Positions 1 to 10,890 of a DNA stretch of 64,000 nt are shown here, piece after piece. Each line of letters starts with the position of its first letter. Within the stretch, counting starts at the first letter, position 1. Made by a program: the position numbers and the translations under genes. Source of the stretch: Felis catus (lineage: Eukaryota); contig NC_058375.1 in the NCBI RefSeq assembly GCF_018350175.1, forward strand, positions 139,438,001-139,502,000. Reading direction: 5' to 3'. The notes beneath the pieces were generated by a model that ran no database searches, was not told the origin of the DNA, and saw nothing but the letters and a program-made list of their open reading frames with translations.

Positions 1-270
1 TCCACAGAGGTTTTTAATTTTGAAAGCCCTATTTATTTTTTCTTTGGTTGTGGTGCTTTGGGCATTATATCGAAGAAACCCAGCTTTGCCCAGTCCAAGT
101 TCACAATGATTTATACTTATGTTTTCTCCTAAGAGTTTTACAGTTTTAGCTCTTGCACTTTGAGAACTTTGATCCACTTGGAGTTAACATTTAAATATGT
201 TATGAGGTATGGATCCAAATTCATTTTTCCATATGTCAATACCCATTTGTCCCAGCATCCACTTTCCCTT
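1..270 (-). mobile_element. Old LINE-1 (L1M) ORF2 fragment
   Basis: Typical antisense L1 phrases (ttttctcctaagagttttacagttttagctctt; ttgatccacttggagttaa; catttgtcccagca). Confidence 0.8.
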
Positions 271-1267
271 TCTTAACCCTACAAATTTTCTATTCATATA
301 TTTCCCAATTATTTTTATTATTATTTTTATTGTATTGTTCTTATTTTTTTAGCAGATTTTCAAGGGACTTCTATATAGTAAGAAAATTAGTCCCTTGCCA
401 TATGAATTATAAGTATTCTTTCTCAATTTATGATTATCTGTTAAATTTACTTATGGTAGGTAGGTTGGTTGGTTGTTCTCTTTTCACATTTCTGAGCTTT
501 TTAGCCATGTAGGTATTTTAAATTTTTGGTCATCAAATTTATTAGTGTCTGCCCTATGGCTTCTGGTTCCCACGTCAAGCTTTCTGTTATGGCATCTCTT
601 CTGAAGTGGTAGCAAAGCATTGAAGGGATAGAGATCAACATCAGGAAATGTCTGTGGTAACTGAAACCAGGTACATAAATGAGTTGTCTGGAAGAGGGTA
701 TGCAGAAATAGACAGAAGGAGGCCCAAGTACTGTGCTTTTGGGAACATCCAAAGCAGAGATTGAAGGAGAAGATGAGAAAGCAAAGAAAATCCAGAAGAA
801 ATAGATGAGTGTGGAGGAGGGGGAAAGAGGCGATGTGGGTCACAAACAAACAGAGGCAAGAGTCGCAAGCAGGGAGTTATGGAGAGTGCCAGCTATAGCA
901 GGAGTTCTGGAAGTGCAGCTTCCTGGGCTGTGGGACATCAGACTGCCAGGTACACAGCACAGGTGTGCGGGGAGAAGGAGGAGACCACTCGTTTAGCAAG
1001 TATGGCAGTGGAAAGAAAGAGAAAATTAGAGGGGGACCAAGGGCTCCGACAAAGGTTTATTTTCTTTCTAAAAACAGAAAATTAGGGAAATCTTGCCATG
1101 ATTTAACATTAAGAGCCAGGAGACTTTTGCTGATAAGGGTAAGGATTTAGGAGGCTTAGTTAATTCCCATGCTGCTGCCATTTTATATCCTAAGAAATTT
1201 TGAAAGTTCTATGAGTAGAAGCTAGAAGGGAGGAAAGCCAAGCATTTAAGTGAGTTAACATAGGGGC

Positions 1268-1510
1268 AGTGCTTGCGTTCATTTTGGTCTCTGGGAAGCA
1301 GACACTGAGATGAAATTAGGAGTGCAAAAGATTATCGGGTGTAATGCCCATAAAAGATAGAAAGGAAGAGGAGGAAAGATTGGGTAGGCAAAGCCTTCAG
1401 ACTATGATGCAGATCTGACAGCACCTCTGCCAACACAGTGGGGAACTCTGGGGCCAGACTGCCCATCAGAAGAGTCCTGAGCTAAGCAGAAATGGCGGGG
1501 CCCTAAACAG
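1268..1510. mobile_element. MaLR LTR fragment (MLT1-like)
   Basis: ggaagcagacactgagatg...gccttcagactatgatgcagatctgaca resembles recalled MLT1 consensus; subfamily uncertain. Confidence 0.6.
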
Positions 1511-1689
1511 TATGTCAGATAGTCATGAGTGCGAAGATATGGGGATGGGTAGAGGATACATGGGGTTACACATTTAGATAGAGGCAAAGAGGTGAGTGTG
1601 GAGCTTTGGGCAGGACTGGGAAGAAGGGATGGGAAGGTTGTAGAATAGTCGTAGTTGATGACATCCAACAGGACTGGGGTGGGGAGGAA

Positions 1690-2350
1690 ACACCATATAG
1701 AGTCACTGTAAGAATTTGGCTTTTATATGAGTAAAATGAGAAAAAAAATGCAGGGCTTTGAGCAGAGGAGTGATATTATCTGATTAATGTCTTATAAAGA
1801 TCATGGATGTGCCATTAAGAAGAGACTGAGGGGCACCTGGGTGGCTCAGTCAGTTAAGCATCTGACTCTTGATTTCAGCTCAGGTCATGATTTCATGGTT
1901 CTGTGAGATCTGCATTGGGCTCTGTGCTGACAGTGGAGCTTGCTTGGGATTCTCTCTTTCCCTGTCTCTCTGCCAGCCCTCAANNNNNNNNNNNNNNNNN
2001 NNNNNNNNNNNNNNNNNNNNNNNNNNNNNNNNNNNNNNNNNNNNNNNNNNNNNNNNNNNNNNNNNNNNNNNNNNNNNNNNNNNNNNNNNNNNNNNNNNNN
2101 NNNNNNNNNNNNNNNNNNNNNNNNNNNNNNNNNNNNNNNNNNNNNNNNNNNNNNNNNNNNNNNNNNNNNNNNNNNNNNNNNNNNNNNNNNNNNNNNNNNN
2201 TGGAAGCAGAAAGATGATGATCCAGGGAGGTGGCAGTGGAGATGGTGAGAAATGGTCAGATTCTTGATGTATCTTAAGTGGAGCCAAAAAGATTTTATGA
2301 TGAATTAGATGTGGAATGTAAGAATAAAAAAGCATCAAGGATAAAGCTCT
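1690..2350 (-). mobile_element. L2 fragment interrupted by a SINE and a gap
   Basis: gtaagaatttggcttttat, ggctttgagcagaggagtgat, ggtggcagtggagatggtgagaaatggtcagattc are L2 3' motifs. Confidence 0.7.
1830..1983 (+). mobile_element. Can-SINE (SINEC_Fc-like), 3' end lost in gap
   Basis: ggggcacctgggtggctcagtcagttaag head with Pol III A box, start of CT tract. Confidence 0.92.
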
Positions 2351-3764
2351 GTGTAATAGTTCTCTATTACTCTGTAACGAATTACTCCAAAACTTATAGA
2401 CCTGTGAGATAATAGATGGGTGTTGTTTCAAGCTGTTAAACTTGTGGTGATTTCTTATGGCAGCCACAGAAAATGAATAAACCTTCGCGAGAAGCTTGCT
2501 CTATCTTTGAATGGCACCCATCGTAAGGAAATATTTCCTTATTTGTTGCACTAAGATCCGTCACTGTGTTTCTTCCACCATTACATCTAATTTTACTTCT
2601 TGGAGCCATGTAGACAGCCCATCCTCTATTTGAAGACAGCCCTTCTGAGCCTCCCCTTCTTTGAACCAAAGATTCCCTGTGTATTCTCCTCTCTGGTTAC
2701 TTTTCTCAATTGTGTTTTATTTAGGCCCCTGGATTTGTACTCTAGAGACATGGGAATTTACTGTAACAACAATATGTTTGAAAGGCCTTTGTAAATTCAG
2801 AGTATCTTATTCTTCCATTATAAAGGAGAAATTTTCCGTCTTTATCACCAAAGATAAACATTATTTTATGGATCATTGACCATCCTATTGTCCATAGTAG
2901 GAGAGCATCATTTAGAATGACCTGGAATTGAGGAAAATGAAGTAGAAAATGGTTGGGAAGATTTTAGAAGTAGGAATCTGCATGAACATTATAGACTGTG
3001 ATACTTCATTAGGATTAAAGTTCGATACTTAGGAGGTTAACAGAGATTTCTCCAAGTGAGGTAAGCTCAGTAAAAATCAGCAGCATCTGGGAATGAAAAT
3101 GTTGAATTTCATCTGTCCATCTGGGCCTCTGAAGGAAAGAAGTTTCCTTCCTAGGTTCTTAAGAGTTGAAAAACAGGTAACCTAGTAAGGAGAACAACAT
3201 CTGAATGATTAACTATTGCATTAAAAGGTCACTTTGAAGACACACTGGCGTGAAGGAATACTTTGAAAGTGACCAAGAAAAACTAGACTCGATACGTAGA
3301 AAGACTGGGTGATTGTCCTCTTTGCTTTCTATTGCAATTGAACAGTTTCCAGTTTCGTGCATATATGAGCATTTTCCCTCAATTAAATGTTTACCTCTTT
3401 TGGAAGAATGGCTATATCTTATTATTTCTTTGGGTAAGATAAATAGCAAGTACTTAGAAAATACTCAGTTAATTGAACTGAATGCAATTGCCTGTTGACT
3501 GGCTGAGTAACAAATGAAGACATTGTTCTAACTAGAATACAGGATTTGGGAGGAAGCTAGATTGACTCAGAAGAAACCATGTGTTTCTTATTCTTCCATC
3601 TTCCTTCTTAAATGACCCATTGCTCTGGGATGTTTTCCCAAGTGTGGTCCAAGGACTGATGTGTTAGGATTGTCTGGGGATGCTTATTAGAAGTGAAGAA
3701 TTCTACATTGTACTGTCCAAGACCTACTGAGCCAGAATCTGAGAAGTAGAGTTACTTATGATTT

Positions 3765-4950
3765 TCTAAAATTGAGGTATAATTGATATACAATTAAATG
3801 CATATCTTATAAGCACACTGTTCAATGGGATTTGATAAATGTATACACCCCATGTAAACACCACCCCACTCAAGACTTCTGTCACCCTCCAGAAAGTTTC
3901 CTTAGGCCCCTTTCCAGTTACTCCCCCTCTGCCAGAAGCAATCACTATTCTCATTTCAATCACACCACATATACTCTCTCTTCTTCACTCCATGTTTCAT
4001 TCATCCACATTGTTACATGTATCAGTAGTTAGTTTCTTTTCATTGCTAAGTATTATTCCATTGTAGACATGTGTTATAATTTGTTTATACATTCACCTGG
4101 ATATCTCAGTTGTGTATTTCCTATACTGTGTAACAAGTTACTACACATGTAGCAGTTAAAAACAACACACGCTTATTATCTCATAATCCCATGGTTCAGG
4201 AGTCCTATCATGACTGACTTGGTTGGGTTCTGTGCTCAGAGTCTCACAAAACAGCAACTATGGTATCATCCAAACTACATTACTGTCTGGAGCTTGGGGG
4301 TCCTCTTCCAAACTCACATGTTGTTGGCAGAATTCAGATCCTTGCAGCTGTAGGACTGACGACATTGGCGTCTTACTGGCTGTCAGCTGGAGACTGGCTG
4401 CCTGCTGCAGTTCCCGGCCACGTGGTCCTCTCAAGGGGCAGTTTACAACAAGGCTGTCTGCTTCTTCAAAGTCAGCAGGAGAGCCTTACTCTTCCATCTG
4501 CTAACACAGAATCCTATAAAATATAAGGAAAAATAAATAATAAGATATAAGCCATGGGAGTGACAGCTTGTCATCTTTGCCATATTAGAAGCACAAATTT
4601 CACCCAGTCTCAAGGAGAGGAGATTTACACAGGCCGTGTGGATAATCGAGGTTACTTAGAGTGTATCCACTAAGGTTGTTTCTAGTTTTTAGCTATTATG
4701 AATATTAGTGCACAACTGAATATATGCTTTTACTTGTCTTAGGCAAATATCTAGAAGGGAAGTTGCTGGATCATAGTGTAGGCATATATATTTAACCTTA
4801 TAAGAAAATGCCTAGCAGCTTTTCAAAATGGTTGTACTTTGCACCCCCATCAGCAATGTAATGAGAGTTCCAGCTGCTCCCCCTTTCCTTTTACTGATAT
4901 TTGCTGCTGTCTGTGTCATTTGAGCCACTTTCTATTGGCTATCAAATTTG
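3765..4950 (-). mobile_element. L1M 3' end split by an MLT1 LTR
   Basis: aaattgaggtataattgatatacaa terminus; L1 sequence stops near 4100 and resumes near 4675 (ggttgtttctagtttttagctattatgaat). Confidence 0.75.
4105..4672. mobile_element. MaLR MLT1 solo LTR inserted in L1
   Basis: tgtgtaacaagttactac...aaaacaacac...ttattatctca; ctcacatgttgttggcagaattcag typical of MLT1. Confidence 0.7.
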
Positions 4951-4954
4951 CATT

Positions 4955-5153
4955 TGAAAAAAATGTTTCTTTATTTTGAGAGAGACAGAGAGAGGCAAAG
5001 CGGGAGAGGGTCAGAGAAAGGGAGAGAGAGAATCCAAAGCAGACTCCATGCTGTCAGCGCAGAACATGGTGTAGATCTCATGGTTCGTAGGCTCATGACG
5101 TGAGCCAAAATCAAGAGTCAGACACTCAACTGACTGAGCCACTCAGGCATCCC
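4955..5153 (-). mobile_element. Can-SINE, older type
   Basis: Ends gactgagccactcaggcatccc; degenerate TSD aaatttgcattt/aaatctacattt. Confidence 0.9.
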
Positions 5154-5170
5154 TTAAATCTACATTTTTA

Positions 5171-5386
5171 GGGGCGCCTGGGTGGCTCAGTCAGTTGAGC
5201 GTCCGACTTCGGCTCAGGTCATGATCTCGTGGTTAATCAGTTCGAGCCCCACGTCGCGCTCTGTGCTGACAGCTCAGAGCCTGGAGCCTGCTTTGGATTC
5301 TGTGTCTCCCCCTCTCTCTGCTCCTTTCCCGCTCATGCTCTGTCTCTCTCTGTCTCAAAAATAAATAAACATTAAAAAAAAATTTT
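5171..5386 (+). mobile_element. Can-SINE (SINEC_Fc)
   Basis: Full head, CT tract, aataaa, A tail; TSD aatctacattttta 5157-5170/5387-5400. Confidence 0.96.
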
Positions 5387-5489
5387 AATCTACATTTTTA
5401 ATGAGCTCTGTGGGTCATTCTTAACACATATTCAACCACTGCTCTCGATGTGAGTCATAGAGCACATGTCCAGGACTACTCAGTACAGG

Positions 5490-5675
5490 TTCCTCAGAAG
5501 TCAGTCCTCAGACCTTGGCTGATCAACTGAATCACAGGGAGCATTTGTTAAAAACAGATTCTGGGCCCTGCTCCAGACCTCCTGAATGAGCATCTCCAGG
5601 AGTATATTTCAGGAATCTGTATTATCACCAAAACTTCTAGGTGATGCTTTGACATGCTGGGGCTAGAAACCACTT
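5490..5675. mobile_element. MER5-like hAT-Charlie MITE
   Basis: gaatcacagggagcatttgttaaaaacagattctgggccc...caggaatctgtatt...ctagaaaccact. Confidence 0.7.
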
Positions 5676-5924
5676 CCTTCACTGCTTGCAGGCCTCAAAG
5701 TGCCTTTGGTGTGCTACTCACACAGAGAAAACTTCTATGAAGCAGATCTAGGACTCTGAGCTGGTGCCGTAGCACTCTGCTTCATGAATAAAATCTGCTA
5801 GCACATTCATGCGTTTGTTTGTTTCCCATGTGTCTTCCTATGCTAATGACACAACTTCATGGGAGAAAAGGAGGTGGGGAATTGCAGTGCAGATGTTTGG
5901 CTTTACTAGCAAGACTTACTTCTT

Positions 5925-6144
5925 TATTTCTTTAATTTTTTTTAAACGTTTATTTATTTTTGAGACGGAGAAAGACAGAGCATGAACGGGGGAGGGTCAG
6001 AGAGAGACACACACAGAATCCGAAGCAGGCTTCAGGCTCTGAGCTGTCAGCACAGAGCCCGACTCGGGGCTTGAACTCACGGACTATGAGATCATGACCT
6101 GAGCTGAATTTGGATGCTCAACCGACTGAGACACCCAGGCGCCC
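5925..6144 (-). mobile_element. Can-SINE (SINEC_Fc)
   Basis: Full element; TSD caagacttacttctt/caagacttatttctt. Confidence 0.96.
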
Positions 6145-6801
6145 CAAGACTTATTTCTTAGTTGAGAAAAATTTAACTCCAGGTACAACTCTATAATCTC
6201 AAGTAACAATCCCTTTCCATTTTTAGGAGGACATGAAGTTTCTTTAAGTAACTGTTTAAAAACATACCTGCCGAGCCGGTGCTATGTAGCAAGCACCGCC
6301 CAGGGCTGGTGAGTACTGGATGTGAGCCAGAGAGGAGACAGACACCAGAGGAGCGCTTGCAATCCCAGTGCTAAATGCTCAGAGGCAAAGTACAGGGCTC
6401 TCTGCGAGCACACAGCAGAGGCACCCAGTCTGAGCAAGGGGTCAAAAAGAGTCCTCCAGGCTTCTTATTCTCAAACCATCGTTTTTAAAAAACTGTGTTC
6501 ATATGAATAAATACAACTGAGCTCCTCTCTGACCAGCAGTCTTCCCCCTCAGGCCAGACCTAGGTAGTCATCTACGAGGGAGGACTGCTAGACATCTGCA
6601 AGCCACTAGAGTAGAGAGAGACAGGGGCGTGTGGCCAGATGTGCACTCGAATGCTGGTAGTGAACAGTTGACAAAACGTAGACCAGGATTTAGGAGACCC
6701 CTATCTATGCTGCCAACTGGTGTCTTTGAGATTCACATACCTCTGCTTCTTCCACAGAAAAAATATATATATAATTAAATGGTGTCTCAACAACCTGTAT
6801 A

Positions 6802-7180
6802 TAGAAGGTGTCTGAAAAGTCCAGGTATATAGGATAAACCTAATTTAAAATAGTATGCTACTGCATTTCTAAATGAGGTGCTTAATATCTTTTTTTCTTC
6901 AACCTCCAGATACCTTCTCAGGTAAAATTCTTCTAGATTTCAGTGCACTACAGAGCGTTCGAAAAAGTCTGGAAACAGGGAAAATAAGTACTTACTGTAC
7001 TTTTCCAGGTGAGGAATTGGCCTCATTCTTTACCTTTGGAGGTTCTTTATCTGAAAAGGTATCTGGAGATTGAAAAACAAACCAAAAAAAGAACAGATTG
7101 AGCACATTTTGAAAAATATAACTGATACGCTGTTTAAAAGTAATCTGTGCTGTGTTGCCCAACATTTCAAACACCTTGTA
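6802..7180. mobile_element. Palindromic non-autonomous Tc1/mariner-type DNA element (resembles DNA1_Mam)
   Basis: TA-flanked inverted termini (tagaaggtgtctgaaa / tttcaaacaccttgta); inner arms 6898-6926 and 7046-7074 match 26/29 as inverted repeats. Confidence 0.7.
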
Positions 7181-9633
7181 CATTACTACATGGAATTCTC
7201 AAAACGAGTGAGGACCTGAGGTCAGAGGTTATACAGCTTGCCCAACCTCTCCCTGTGGCTCAGTGGCAGAGGTGGCTCAGCTCACCTAGCTGAGGCACAA
7301 GCTCCAGAGCTTTCTCCTTCAGGGCATCACCCTGGAGCTCTGACCCCCCACATGGGGTTGTTGAGAGAGCCCAGCACTTTCCTGACACCTTGCAGCTTTA
7401 CTCTATTAAGTCACATCTATTAAGGCCCATCTCTTAACAGTGTGGGCTTCAGGAACCTTTCTGAGACACAGTGAATGCTATGGATCCTCCCACCAGACAA
7501 CTGGAATTTGCATTCAATGTCAAGGCACATGCAAAACCTCTGAGGGTCATCCATGGACTCCTTTGAGGATCCTGGGCCCAGGTAAAGAATCACTCCTTTT
7601 GTCAGAAAATCTCTTAAAGACAAAGATAGAGGTCTCTGTTTTCCTACTTCCATCTAACTACAGGGTGGGTATGCCGTAGAGCCATGGAAATGTTTGCTCT
7701 TACGTGAAAGTGCAGTAGAAACTGTCGGAGGGTATGTAAGGAGTCCGTGAAGCAGAAGAGGAGAAAACCTTTTCCAGTAACAATCATGTTATGGAGTAAA
7801 GTTTCAAGAAATGATTCCCTTCCCTTCAACAGAGTCTACATAATTATAAGGCACAGCCACAAGGCTGTAGCTGTTGGTCATCCACTTCCCATCTGCATTG
7901 CTGCCACAGCCAGTGTGCCCCCAAATGTGTGCCCATGCAGGCGCTGTAATTGTTACTGTCCCTTGGGGAGGCATACCGGAGATCAGCGACATGAGCATAT
8001 ACGTCTCTCCCACCGGCTACCCAGAAGGCTGAAGAGCTTTATTTCCCACCTGCTGTGCAAGGAGACACCAACCCTCTTTGAAATGCTACTCTAATTTTTA
8101 TTTATTGCTGAGAGTCAGAAAGCCCACAGAAAGCTCTGGTCTTTAATTTGCCAGAAAAAAAACGTATAATATTAAACCAACCTTCAAATCTCATTGGATA
8201 TAGAATGTTTCACTCCCCCTAAACTCAGAAAATATGTTGAGAATGAACCCATATCTCTCAGATTTCCCTTCTGAGTGCCTCTTGTCCCCATCTCCCTCCT
8301 GCTATCGCCCCAGCACCCCTGCCATGCTGTACACACCCCATCCTGATGGCTTTATTGTCCCTCTGGTGAGCATTTCTCTCAAACAAAAACAAGAGAGGCA
8401 CTCAGCTCACACAGACACCTTCCATCTTTGCATGAGGAGCCAATTCACTAATGAATGCCTCCCTCAGGCTTCACGGATAATGAAGGTAAACGCAGGATTG
8501 GGGACCGAGAAGAGAATTACCGATCCTTTGGGCACACGTATCTTAATGAAGTGAGAATGAGCCGGCAACCAGCCCAATCCTTGGAAAGTTATATCCAAGC
8601 TGCATTGTTTACATCTTTAATAAAAATATTCTGTGTGGTCTTGTACCAGATCAAGCTGACAGCTGCCCACGGGAGGAGATTTCATGAGACACAAGGAATG
8701 CATTCATTCATTCATGCAATAAACATTTTGAAGTACTTACTATGGACTAGATATTGAGCAAAGTGTGTGGATGCCGTGAGCTTGTGGTCTCATGGAGACG
8801 CGTGTGAGCGTCTGTACTGGAGGGGAATCCAGGGGCTTGGAAGCAGGAAGGAGGAGCATGGCTCGCAGGCAAGGCGACTGTGGCTGGGCCACAGGTTGAA
8901 GCTCTACAGGAATTAGGCTGAACGCATCGCGGAGGGGTAGTGTGAAGGACCCTTATACAGGAGGACCTGCAAAAGGGCAGAATGTGTGAAGATCCAGAGG
9001 AAGTGGTGTGCTGGAGCCTGCTTATACCTATTGGAAGAGGGAACTCTGTGCGTCTTTTCCCAATTCCACATTCAGTGACATGGCACTGATAACCTGAAAT
9101 GAGTCGAGGTGGGAGTATCCACATCACAGAAAGTGGCAAACACTACTAACCAGGGCTTCTTGCCCTTAAAGAGCCAGCTGACAAATACTTGCCAACACTA
9201 AGGGCCCATGATCCTAAATACTTGCCAGAGGTGATGAAGAGCATGGTAATCTAGGGGAAACCGCCTGAGGGTCAGTATGTCTGCCTTACTAATGAGATTG
9301 GTTAGTTTTGACAGGTGTGGCTGAGCGGGTCATCAGGAATTAGGTCATGAAATGCCTCAACATCACACAAAAGAGTTTGAGAGTGATGCGGTCCTGCCAA
9401 GATATTTGGGTAGACATCTACTATTTATACTTGCTGAGCATCTATTTCTCTTTCTTTTGGTAGAAGCAGCCCATGATCTAATTGGGGGCAACAGGCTAGT
9501 TGATAGCGCATAGGGCATGATGGCCCTTGAGAACAAAGGAGTGAGCTCTGATCTTCCAAATGCTGGCCCCCTGTAACCTCAAGTCTGTCCTTGTATTTAA
9601 TGGGTGGGAAATTTCAAGTCGAAGGTCTTGCAA

Positions 9634-9820
9634 GTTCAACCACAGCAGCGATAATCAAAATGTGGTCCTTGCACCAGTCATATCAGAATCGCTCAGAGTG
9701 GTTGTGGACACTGATGAACCCTGGGCTCGACCCCAGAAATACTCAGTCAGCATATCTGCAAAGAATCTGCATTTTCAACAAGAAACAAATGATTCTTGTG
9801 CACACTAAAGCTGGAGATCT
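9634..9820. mobile_element. MER5-like MITE
   Basis: caaaatgtggtcc...cagaatc...gaccccagaaatactcagtcagcatatctg...gaatctgcatttt. Confidence 0.65.
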
Positions 9821-9854
9821 AAAGTCTACAGAGGATTTTTTTTTCTCTTACACA

Positions 9855-10380
9855 CTCCATTTATTTATTCATTTATTTAACAAATATTTATTTGTGTCAG
9901 TCGCTATTCTAGGTGCTGGGAGTAAAGTAGTGAATAAGATCAGGCAAGTGCTTGCCTCAAGGAGCTTATATATAGCCTGGGGGAAGGGGCGAGAGAGGCA
10001 ATGAATTCTTTTTTAAAAAGTAATGTAATTTGGTGGTGCCTGGGTGGCTCAGTCAGTTGAGTGTCCAACTTTGGCTCAGGTCATGATCTCACAGTTCATG
10101 AGTTCAAGCCCCGTGTCAGGCTCTGTGTTGACAGCTCAGAGCCTGGAGCCTGCTTTGGATTCTGTGTCTCCCTCTCTCTCTCTCTGCCTCTCCTCTGCTT
10201 GCACTGTCTCTCTCTCAAAAATAAATATTTTTAAAAACTTTAAAAACAATGTAAATTCAGATAATAAGAACTAAGGAGGAAATAAAGTGACAGGACTTTG
10301 GAGTGTAAGTGGCTTATTGGTTCCTTTAGATTGGGTGGTCAAGGAAGGCTCCATGAGGAGGCAACAGTTCAACTGAGATG
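9855..10380 (-). mobile_element. L2 3' end split by a SINE
   Basis: ttcatttatttaacaaatatttat L2 terminus; ggtggtcaaggaaggctccatgaggaggcaaca. Confidence 0.7.
10032..10240 (+). mobile_element. Can-SINE
   Basis: Full element; degenerate TSD aaaagtaatgtaa/aaaacaatgtaa. Confidence 0.94.
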
Positions 10381-10424
10381 CACAATCTGTGGTATTTTTC
10401 CCTCTGAATTGTTATTCAGGATAA

Positions 10425-10426
<2 letters not shown>

Positions 10427-10466
<40 letters not shown>
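10427..10466. repeat. (CA)20 microsatellite
   Basis: Perfect dinucleotide run. Confidence 0.98.
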
Positions 10467-10470
<4 letters not shown>

Positions 10471-10674
10471 TTAGTTCAGTCAGACAAATCAAATGAAAAA
10501 TTCCTTAATGTAAGTTTTAATTAAGAAGATACTTCAACTGCACAGTCACATGTTTGTATTAGACATGTCAGTCATGGTACCCACCATTATTAATAAGACT
10601 ATTAGCAATCCCCTAACAACGTCCTATTAGCTGCCTCATCTACACCCCCAAGCAAGAGAATGCCAAGACTGCTG

Positions 10675-10890
10675 TTTTTTTTCAAGTTTATTTATTTATT
10701 CTAAGAGAGAGAGAGAGAGAGAAAGTGAGAGGGGGAGAGAGGACCAATGGGGGAGGGGCAGAAAGAGAGAGGGGGACAGAGGATCTGCACTGGCAGCACA
10801 GAGCCCTATGTGGGGCTCGAACTTATGAACCATGAGATCATGACCCGAGCTGAAGTTGGACACTTAACCAACTGAGCCACCCAGGTGCCC
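10675..10890 (-). mobile_element. Can-SINE
   Basis: Reverse element; TSD ccaagactgctgtttt/ccaagattgttatttt. Confidence 0.93.

Noticed and set aside
5182-5364. Recurrent MAQSV..TSAQVMIS ORF family (also 10044, 16506, 44445, 56482 and others)
   Set aside because: Translations of Can-SINE sequence, not a gene family.
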